Source: a virus
Lineage: Duplodnaviria; Heunggongvirae; Uroviricota; Caudoviricetes
IMG/VR virus record: IMGVR_UViG_3300028886_000065
Length of the DNA stretch: 41,435 nt
Reading direction: 5' to 3' (one strand)
This document shows, piece by piece, positions 34,098 to 41,435 of this stretch. Numbering within the stretch: the stretch's first letter is position 1; every line of letters begins with the position of its first letter. The notes under the pieces were generated by a model. That model was not told where the DNA came from. It did not search any database and worked only from the letters and a program-made list of their open reading frames with translations. A program made the position numbers and the translations under genes.

Positions 34098-35450
34098 TTA
34101 ACTGAACATATACCGCACCTTACCTTGAGCAAAGTATTCTGGAATAATCTTGCACTCAAAGGGCAAACGTCCGTCACTTCTGAACTTATCAAGCCAGAAC
34201 TTCTGTTCCGAGTCATTGGTAAGGTACTTACCGATAGTGCCATCGTCCTTCTGGAATTGAACAACATAACGTGTGCCGTTCTGTGTAGGTACGTTTTGCT
34301 CAAAGTCCAAAATGACGATGTGAGTGTTAATAAGCGTCCGAAGAGCCACTACCTGACCGTTCAAGATACGCTTTCCGTCTTTTCCTGTGAAGTTGATGCC
34401 TTCTTGACGCATCTTCTTCGCGATTTCATTGAATGTTTCCATATTTTTTCCTGTTAGTTTTTTGAATAGATGTTTGGAATTACACCATTTTGCCATGCCT
34501 TTCAGACTACCAATTATCTCCTGCCGACGCTTGCGGCTCCTGATTTTGTGAAGTTTTCTGGCGGCTTTCTGTTTCGTTCTCTTGCGCAGACGCGCTTTCT
34601 TTCCGTCATAGACATATCCGAGAAAGTCTATACCCTCGCTAATGGGTCTCACACATTCGTCTGGTTTCACTTCAAGTTTTATCCCAGCAGCCTGTTCGTG
34701 AATGATGTCACGCAATAGCCAGAGTTTGGTCTTCGACGAAGCAAGAATGACAATATCATCACAGTAGCGATAGTAATACTTCACACCGAGACAGTCTTTG
34801 AAGAAATGGTCAATACCGCTTAGGAATATATTGCCATAACACTGCGATGAGCGAAGACCGATGCTGAGTCCTTTATCCATCATCGTCACAAAACTATGAA
34901 GGATTGGAAGAAGGACGGGGTCTTTTATTTTGCTCTTGACACAATCCCACATCAGGTCTTGGTCAATGCTCTCAAAGAACTTACGAATGTCACACTTGTA
35001 GAAGTATGCTGTTCCATCACGGTCATGCTCGATGTCATGACGCATCTTGGCAAACAAACGGTGCATACCTCTTCCGGGGATGCTCGCAGCACTTGTCTTG
35101 ATAACACTTGGGTACAGCACATCTTCTACAATGCGCATAATGGCATTGCAACCTATTCGGTGTTCTACACACGGACTCTGCACCTTTCTGTTTTTAGGAC
35201 CGTCTGTAACCCACATTTCATTGTAGTGATCAACACGGAACGTTCCATCGCTGATTTGTCTCACTAAACGTTCGATGATTATTTCACGATGCTTCCTGTA
35301 CCAACTCCTGCGACCAGGCACAACTTTCTTTTCACCGTTCTTGAGCACCAATTCGCGATCGGGAAGTTGGTCAACGACTTCATTGAACGCCCTATCCATG
35401 TTAGCACGTTCAACAATTTTAGGTATCAAATAGCCATATCTTTTAGACAT
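34098..35450 (-). CDS. DGR reverse transcriptase with a fused C-terminal domain
   Basis: KCDIRKFFESI; GLSIGLRSSQ (DGR-type SQ); YRYCDD; GIDFLGY; extra 114 aa from Met at 34442. Confidence 0.96.
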   Translation of the reverse strand: MSKRYGYLIPKIVERANMDRAFNEVVDQLPDRELVLKNGEKKVVPGRRSWYRKHREIIIERLVRQISDGTFRVDHYNEMWVTDGPKNRKVQSPCVEHRIGCNAIMRIVEDVLYPSVIKTSAASIPGRGMHRLFAKMRHDIEHDRDGTAYFYKCDIRKFFESIDQDLMWDCVKSKIKDPVLLPILHSFVTMMDKGLSIGLRSSQCYGNIFLSGIDHFFKDCLGVKYYYRYCDDIVILASSKTKLWLLRDIIHEQAAGIKLEVKPDECVRPISEGIDFLGYVYDGKKARLRKRTKQKAARKLHKIRSRKRRQEIIGSLKGMAKWCNSKHLFKKLTGKNMETFNEIAKKMRQEGINFTGKDGKRILNGQVVALRTLINTHIVILDFEQNVPTQNGTRYVVQFQKDDGTIGKYLTNDSEQKFWLDKFRSDGRLPFECKIIPEYFAQGKVRYMFS

Positions 35451-35695
35451 AATCTTGGATAAGTTTTCTTCTTCGATTCATGCGGTCATAGGGCTTTCGA
35501 CATCATTGCTGAAACTACTTGACCATAATAGACCGCACCCTGTGATGTTCCGGCTTTCCGCATTTCTGCGCTGTTGCCGAGGCTCAAATCCCTCGCTGGC
35601 TTCCATCACCTATCTCGTAGGTGTTCGACGTAGCAACGATTGTGTCTGAAGGTCTGCCCAACCCGTGAGCAAGTTTTCAGATGCAGAGTTTCGAT
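35451..35695 (-). ncRNA. TR-RT spacer, structured 3' part of the DGR template RNA
   Basis: 245 nt with no credible ORF; CACCTA-CGAGA-TAGGTG; GCGGTC/GACCGC; several GAAA/GCAA loops. Confidence 0.6.
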
Positions 35696-35698
35696 TTA

Positions 35699-35812
35699 GC
35701 AGAGCCGCCCGCCGTTGTTCGTGTTCGAGTTCGATGCAGCGTTATTCGTGTTCGAATAGGCGACACCCGCGTTCGCGTTCGCGTTGTTGTTCGAGCGACC
35801 GAGAACACGGCC
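35699..35812 (-). repeat. DGR template repeat TR (114 nt, 28 adenines, 12 AAY codons)
   Basis: GGC CGT GTT CTC GGT CGC TCG AAC AAC AAC GCG AAC ... AAC AAC GGC GGG CGG CTC TGC. Confidence 0.97.
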
Positions 35813-35893
35813 GATGGGATTTTCTACCTTTTTTCTTTTATTACGCCTTACGCTTTCGTTGTTCGTTTGGCGTTTATCGCATGACGGGGAGTA

Positions 35894-35915
35894 GAGACGG
35901 CTTTGCAGCCGCCTC
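35894..35915 (-). other. GNRA hairpin downstream of VR1/IMH (DGR homing-type cruciform)
   Basis: GAGGCGGCT-GCAA-AGCCGTCTC. Confidence 0.7.
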
Positions 35916-35928
35916 CGCTCTCCGATTT

Positions 35929-38900
35929 TCAAAGTACATCTTCCTCGTTATCGAACTTTCCGAAGAAGCAGAGCCGCCCGCCGTAGAGCGTGTACGAGAC
36001 CGATGCACCGTTATCCGTGCTCGAATAGGCGACACCCACGTACGCGTTCGCGAAGCCGCCCGAGCGACCGAGAACACGGCCTTTACTTGAATTAGATGAC
36101 TGATAACAGGCATATCCAGTGGCATAGACACTATCACCTGCATAGGCAGAAACAACAATGTCGCAGTAACGACCGAAACGGACACGGGCGACATTGCTTG
36201 CGGCATTTGCAGTTGCAGCCTTGACACGACGCTCGTTGCCGTCCTGTTGTTTGATGTTGTAGGTATAGTCAACAACCCATGAACTTTGCTCGACACGGTG
36301 GGTGCTCAAGAAGACTGCGAACGACGGGGCGTTAAAGCAGCCGTTATCCGTCCACTCGTACATTGAAGCTGTCCAAGCTTCCAGACCCCACATCTTGTTT
36401 AGTCCATTGGTGTCCGATGAAGAACCTCCACTTAGACGGGTGTCACCCATACCGACACTATTCCTCAAACCTGTCTGGTACGATGACATAGAACCTTTAC
36501 CGCAAATGCTTTCAACATCGCGAGTGCCAAACCAAGCCATTATCAAGTTTGCCATATCCTTTGATGTCTCATAAGGTACGGTAGTGTACTCACCATCATC
36601 GACATTCGTCTGTGACGTGCGGATGCGGGCGAGATTGTAGAAGTCTTGCGCCGTACCATTCAACGTCGTAGATGGGATGCTGCCAGTTGGATTACCGTCG
36701 CTGTCATACGACCAGTCGTTGTTGTACGTGGAAGTACCGTTTCCTCTCGAAGTGCTCTTGCCGCTCAATGAACGGAGTCCAGAAGTAGCAATACCTCCAG
36801 TAGTAACACCTACTGCATGACCCTGATACAGACCGATAAGTTCTGCCTTGTGTTCTACCCAATTCGGCTCAATAGCTTCTGTCTCAACGGAATCCGTGAG
36901 AAGGATAGCGGCATAACCAGCCACCGTGCCTGGTGTTTCAGTATCGGGTATCGGCATTGCACCGAAAGCCGTTCCGTTGGTGAACAATGACTCAACGCTC
37001 GCAAGGGTGCTGAAATACAGATAGACAGCACCAACAGGGATATTTGTAAAGATGTAATCACCTATCTCATTGTCGAAGTCACCGGGGTTTCCTGAATAGT
37101 CCGTCATGGTGAAATGTTGCGCACTGATAGTCTTACCATCGACATCGGCAAAGACAAAACCTGCAAAACTATGCTTCAGACCGGGGAATCTCACCTGCTT
37201 GTAGCTGCTGACATTCACACGATACGTGTTGTAAAGTGTTGCTGTTCCCAACCAGTTTTCAACAGAACTGCCAACAGCTATTTCGCCACTGCCAGTGATG
37301 TCAAGCCAACTGCCGGATATATCCAGACACCTTCCCTCATACTTCGTAACGCCAGAGTCTGTCAGTGCAACGAGAGTTTCCCTCGTTGAAGAATTTGTAG
37401 GCTTGGTTTCCATACCAGACAAGAACAGATGCTTCTTGGCTTCCAGATAGTTGTTCACGCCCTTATAGAAATATTTTGGAACATACAGGAAAGCGTCTTG
37501 ACCAACTCCATCGTTATCGGTGATGGCATTGGAGGCACTTGTCCCGTCGGCAAACAATCCGTAGTTAGACTTTGACAGCTTCGTCAAGTGCATCAATCTC
37601 TTCGACTCACCAGTGTCAGGGTCGGTAGTATTCCTAACCATACCCAAAACAGGCTGACACTTGTCATGGATAACTTTCACATGACCACTTCTGTTGTAGC
37701 CATTTGGATTAGCAACGTCATACTCTTGACCTTCTACACGATAGTCATAGCCAGTCTGGTTGTCTTCATTGGTGATGTTCGCTGGGTCGCTTTCAGCATC
37801 GTGGAAGATGTATTCCGTGTACTGAGCTTCTTCCAATTCCAAACCACATTGAGCAAAGAAACTCTTCACCTGTGCAAAGGTGTACTCAACACCACCTACC
37901 GTAACTGTGTTAATAACATCTATCAACTGAACTTTACCGATAAGTGCGGGATAGGTCTGTTCCGTGCCTTGTGCGGTCAAACCGCGATAGCCGGACATGA
38001 ATGGGAGAAGAACGGATGAACGGACACGACCAGATATTCCTTCGATACGGACGTGATCAATGTTCTGGCATTGGGCGATGAGGGTCTGCCAGCTCAGATT
38101 CGGACATTCGGCGAAGTTCAAGGCTGTGATATTTGACGCACCTTGCAATGTAAGTCCGGCATGTGTCAAGTTGGGCAGGTAACGCAACGTAAGAGTTTGC
38201 AGCGTTGACGGCATAACCAAAGTCTGCAACGGAGAACCTTCGGGAAGTATGATACTTGTCAGACTTGTGCCACCTGCAAGCAACGTGGTCAAACGGGTAT
38301 GCTTGCTGATGTCAAAGACTCCTGCTGTACCTGTGTGGACGGCGGTCTGACCAGTTATGTCCACATATTCCAACTTTGACGTATTTCCGAAAGTCAGAGG
38401 CGCATTTGCAATACCATTGGTTGCTGGCATCGTTAGTTTCGACAGCATCGCACAAAGCGAAAGATTGACAGTGCCGTTCAACTGGCTACCCATGTTGGTG
38501 AAGTCAAGTTCTTTGATGCAACTTGCGCCACCGAGCATCAACGGGTCATTGGTTGCCAACGTCTGAGTGAAGTTGAGCGTCAAACTCTCACCTGCGGCGG
38601 CTCTATCCGGCCCTTGTAGCCAGAGTCCGTTGAGTTTGTAGCCGAAATAATACAGGTCGCCACTCTTCAGCGTCATTGATGACGGTGTATCATTCGCGTT
38701 GCGGACAACAGTGAACGTAATCACGTCACCATTGTAGTTTCCTGCACCATAGCGGGCATCAAGCAGGCGAGCACGGTCTGTCAAGAACTGAGTGCGGTGC
38801 AACTCCCTGTTACCAGTCAGAGTATAGACGTAGTTCATGTCATCAATCGTGTCGATGTACTTCAACTTTCCACTCTTGTTGTACTGGCGTTCACTCCAGT

Positions 38901-41435
38901 TTCCTTGCATCTTCACGTTGAACTCATTCAGCATAACTTCCGTGGTCAACTGATTGCGCAGGTTGGATGCGCAAGTCTTCAGTTCGTCCTCAAAGTTTGC
39001 CAAAACGAGACACCACAACCAACTGCTGTGACCCTCAAATGCGTATTTGGCACGTTCGGAGTCGTAAGTGTCACGGGTAACGTTGTAGAGATATACCATG
39101 AAAGCGTCGTTACGGATTGACATGGCGGTATCACCATCGTAATAGGTTGAATACCATATCAGTCCATCCCATGTACGCCAGATAATGTTCTTAGCGCGCT
39201 GGTCAACTGATGCCCAATAGTCCGTGAACAGATAATAGGTCAACAAGTGATTGACATTGAAGTACTGGTTTGCCTCATTCTTGAACTTCGTTGAGACCCA
39301 CTTGGCTTTTGACACATCACTCCAACCTTGTTGCGTACCGTAATCGGGGTTACTACGCATGGCAGAAGGAACACAGTCGTAAATCCAACCCATCAAACGC
39401 TTGATTGCAGTCTGCGCACCACCCCAATCCGCATATTTGCCTGTGCCGATGGTTGACCAAACGGCATCTTCTGGATAGTTGAACTCAAAACCGTTGTCAA
39501 ATTCTGCTGCCAACTGATTGGCCAAAGCGGTACTATTTGCGGAACCTGCGGGCTGGAACAACGTCATTGGAGAAGCATTGTTCAATGCCTCAAGGGAGAT
39601 AGGTTTGGTATCAGGACCGACAAGAACCATGTTTGGCTCTTCATCTGTGCCCTGGTTCTCATAAGCACGGAAGTCAACGGTGTTGCCACCGCTATCCTTG
39701 ACACCGCTCATGCCGAAAATCTTATCTGACTTCGATTTCTCGTTGTTCAACACGAATTGACCGCAATAGGTCAACGTGCCGTTTTCGCTTGTTCCGGCAT
39801 AGACATCACATGGAATACCATCAATGGCTTGGAGAACCTTTGCATCGTATTCTTGAGGTGGTGTGTCAAGGTGTAGCTGGTGCATGATATTGTGGAACAG
39901 GTGTGCGCCACCAGTATTCATAACCAACGAGGAATCAACAAAGTCGGTCTTGGCGCAAAGAACGGCTTGCGCAATACTGTTGCCACTGCCACGAAGAGCA
40001 TAACCGCTTGCTGTGTCAGTAACATCAATGCCGCCAATGACCAAGGAACGGGCTGCATCGCCCTGCTGTGTGGTAAGGTAGATGCGAAGGTTCTTGTATG
40101 GGTACTTCACACTTGATGTACCCTGAATCCTCATGCGAACGTTCCTTGCTTCAAAACCATCACCAATGGTGTTGCCTTGATCGTCAAGAGGAGGTTCCCA
40201 TTTCACAAGGTCGGCCTTGAAGTTTTCTTTCTTATCCTTGCAACGGAACATCTGACTCAGACCTGTACCACTTCCTGCGGCTGCTCCATCGGAGGCGGTA
40301 TCTGTACTACGAATGATAGTCAGAATACCACGACCCTTGTTCAGCAACGTATCGTGGTCAATGGCGATATTACCGTCAGAGTCGGTGGTGTTGTTCATGT
40401 TACCTACGGCATTGCGGGTATGAGTGCTCTGAATCATGGCTGCAGTCGGACGGTCGATAATCCAGTTTGACAAGGCTTCGTCTGAACTCAACGGAGTGCG
40501 GTAGTAACGTAGGCTGCGGATGCGGACATCGGCTTTGTCTGAGTCAATGGAAATGCCGACGGGTGTTGTCTGACGCAAGCTGTTGACGTAAGTGTTTGCA
40601 CGGCTTAATACGCCGTTGATGAACAGCATGGCAAGACCACGACCGTTAGTAACTGGCTGCACAACGAAAGCAAGATGAATCCACTTGTCAATGGCTATGT
40701 TCATTGCCGTGCTGTGAGGACGCACGATATAGAGGTCTTCTGCATCGTCGCTGTCTGACTCTATAACGGCTTCATAATACGTCTTCCCGCTGATTGCTGT
40801 CGTGTCAGAAGTGAGTGAATAGGAGTGGTCGCCTATTTTTTCGTAGTAACCAGAGGAAGAGATGTCCGTACCTGACGTAACAGTAACCTCGGAGAAACTG
40901 ATGTAGTTGCCCTCTGGATCAACAACTTTCTCAGCGGTCTTGATTTCTTCAACGCCACCAAAGAACAGTCCTGCCTCTTCGGTCGTGACCTTGATACCCA
41001 TCGGATATCCGTTTCCGTCGTTGTCACAGAGGCAGTGAATGACGGTTGCGCCGCGCTCCATGACCTGAGAAATCATTATCTCCATTTCGAGAGTCATGCC
41101 ACGGTTCTGGATAGAATAGTCACCATCTGAAACGTCCTGAACGAATGGCTTGACATCAATGAGTGCCTTCGCGCCGTTCGTCAAGAGCAAGGCATCAACA
41201 CCGTCACTACCGCGATTCCAGCCGTTCGTGCGCCAGTCAATACCTGTGAACGTGGTGATGCCACCCCAATCTGCCGGATTGGATTCGCCGTTGCTGCGAC
41301 CAAGAGCTGTCAGTTTCGTTCTGTAACCAACCGTCTCGGTCTCGGTTACACCTGCTGCTGCGGTTACGGTAACGGCGAATGTGCGTACAGATGTACCGTT
41401 TGTGATAGTCATGGTGTGGCTACCAGACATATCGA
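35929..41435 (-). CDS. Large DGR-targeted tail/adhesin-like protein (>1833 aa, 5'-truncated by the window)
   Basis: LamG/ConA-like segment (WIHLAFVV...LFINGVL); CotH-kinase-like segment (AKTDFVDSS, VDQRAKN, YYDGDT); leucine-rich repeats; C-terminal CLec-type VR (GLEAWTASMYEWTD...GRVLGRS...GGRLCF); frame still open at the window edge. Confidence 0.9.
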   Translation of the reverse strand, partial: DMSGSHTMTITNGTSVRTFAVTVTAAAGVTETETVGYRTKLTALGRSNGESNPADWGGITTFTGIDWRTNGWNRGSDGVDALLLTNGAKALIDVKPFVQDVSDGDYSIQNRGMTLEMEIMISQVMERGATVIHCLCDNDGNGYPMGIKVTTEEAGLFFGGVEEIKTAEKVVDPEGNYISFSEVTVTSGTDISSSGYYEKIGDHSYSLTSDTTAISGKTYYEAVIESDSDDAEDLYIVRPHSTAMNIAIDKWIHLAFVVQPVTNGRGLAMLFINGVLSRANTYVNSLRQTTPVGISIDSDKADVRIRSLRYYRTPLSSDEALSNWIIDRPTAAMIQSTHTRNAVGNMNNTTDSDGNIAIDHDTLLNKGRGILTIIRSTDTASDGAAAGSGTGLSQMFRCKDKKENFKADLVKWEPPLDDQGNTIGDGFEARNVRMRIQGTSSVKYPYKNLRIYLTTQQGDAARSLVIGGIDVTDTASGYALRGSGNSIAQAVLCAKTDFVDSSLVMNTGGAHLFHNIMHQLHLDTPPQEYDAKVLQAIDGIPCDVYAGTSENGTLTYCGQFVLNNEKSKSDKIFGMSGVKDSGGNTVDFRAYENQGTDEEPNMVLVGPDTKPISLEALNNASPMTLFQPAGSANSTALANQLAAEFDNGFEFNYPEDAVWSTIGTGKYADWGGAQTAIKRLMGWIYDCVPSAMRSNPDYGTQQGWSDVSKAKWVSTKFKNEANQYFNVNHLLTYYLFTDYWASVDQRAKNIIWRTWDGLIWYSTYYDGDTAMSIRNDAFMVYLYNVTRDTYDSERAKYAFEGHSSWLWCLVLANFEDELKTCASNLRNQLTTEVMLNEFNVKMQGNWSERQYNKSGKLKYIDTIDDMNYVYTLTGNRELHRTQFLTDRARLLDARYGAGNYNGDVITFTVVRNANDTPSSMTLKSGDLYYFGYKLNGLWLQGPDRAAAGESLTLNFTQTLATNDPLMLGGASCIKELDFTNMGSQLNGTVNLSLCAMLSKLTMPATNGIANAPLTFGNTSKLEYVDITGQTAVHTGTAGVFDISKHTRLTTLLAGGTSLTSIILPEGSPLQTLVMPSTLQTLTLRYLPNLTHAGLTLQGASNITALNFAECPNLSWQTLIAQCQNIDHVRIEGISGRVRSSVLLPFMSGYRGLTAQGTEQTYPALIGKVQLIDVINTVTVGGVEYTFAQVKSFFAQCGLELEEAQYTEYIFHDAESDPANITNEDNQTGYDYRVEGQEYDVANPNGYNRSGHVKVIHDKCQPVLGMVRNTTDPDTGESKRLMHLTKLSKSNYGLFADGTSASNAITDNDGVGQDAFLYVPKYFYKGVNNYLEAKKHLFLSGMETKPTNSSTRETLVALTDSGVTKYEGRCLDISGSWLDITGSGEIAVGSSVENWLGTATLYNTYRVNVSSYKQVRFPGLKHSFAGFVFADVDGKTISAQHFTMTDYSGNPGDFDNEIGDYIFTNIPVGAVYLYFSTLASVESLFTNGTAFGAMPIPDTETPGTVAGYAAILLTDSVETEAIEPNWVEHKAELIGLYQGHAVGVTTGGIATSGLRSLSGKSTSRGNGTSTYNNDWSYDSDGNPTGSIPSTTLNGTAQDFYNLARIRTSQTNVDDGEYTTVPYETSKDMANLIMAWFGTRDVESICGKGSMSSYQTGLRNSVGMGDTRLSGGSSSDTNGLNKMWGLEAWTASMYEWTDNGCFNAPSFAVFLSTHRVEQSSWVVDYTYNIKQQDGNERRVKAATANAASNVARVRFGRYCDIVVSAYAGDSVYATGYACYQSSNSSKGRVLGRSGGFANAYVGVAYSSTDNGASVSYTLYGGRLCFFGKFDNEEDVL
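35968..36081 (-). repeat. DGR variable repeat VR1
   Basis: 114-nt match to TR with 17 mismatches: 15 at TR adenines and 2 at cytosines. Confidence 0.97.

Larger units (their letters stand above)
34098..36081 (-). mobile_element. Diversity-generating retroelement core (VR1-hairpin-TR-spacer-RT)
   Basis: RT plus a TR/VR pair with adenine-biased divergence. Confidence 0.97.
1..41435. mobile_element. Temperate Bacteroidales phage genome segment; both ends run out of the window
   Basis: Repressor/integrase/Xis switch, RecT-YqaJ, primase-helicase, holin-endolysin, tail-like DGR target, and Bacteroidetes-type TAnnTTTG promoters. No host housekeeping operons. Confidence 0.95.

Noticed and set aside
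34098-35695. RT as a group II intron or retron
   Set aside because: The SQ motif, YCDD, and a TR/VR pair with adenine-specific changes identify a DGR; no intron domain V/VI or msr-msd inverted repeats were recognised.
35696-35932. 78-aa ORF over the TR as an Avd-like accessory protein
   Set aside because: It is the TR reading frame (Asn-rich copy of the VR peptide) with a TTG start; too short and not helical-bundle-like.
858-40470. Long opposite-strand or alternative-frame ORFs (e.g. 858..1205, 10523..11122, 13303..13704, 31713..32372, 35665..36090, 37588..38019)
   Set aside because: They are shadows of well-supported genes, have no motifs, and mostly have non-ATG starts.

Overview
This window is about 41 kb of a temperate Bacteroidales (Prevotella/Bacteroides-like) phage genome. 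An intact attP-like junction beside the integrase suggests it was captured in excised or circular form. From left to right it holds: (1) a long leftward early/replication operon (<1-18033) encoding a MazG-like protein, a repeat-rich C5 DNA methyltransferase, an AEP primase-SF4 helicase, a DnaC-like ATPase, an initiator with iteron-like repeats, SSB/YqaJ/RecT, a DUF2400-like protein, RusA, two tRNAs and Xis; (2) a CI-like S24 repressor, attP and tyrosine integrase; (3) a leftward thyA cluster; (4) a rightward accessory cluster (22764-31529) that includes an acyl carrier protein and a radical SAM enzyme; (5) a leftward lysis/tail region. The main result is a diversity-generating retroelement (RT 34098-35450, TR 35699-35812) with two targets. 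VR1 lies at the C-terminus of a >1833-aa adhesin/tail-like protein. VR2 lies about 5.2 kb away, on the opposite strand, in a small 196-aa gene in the accessory cluster, and all 16 of its differences from TR fall on TR adenines. No avd gene is visible, but the RT carries a fused ~114-aa C-terminal domain. Family assignments come from motifs recognised by eye, not from database searches.
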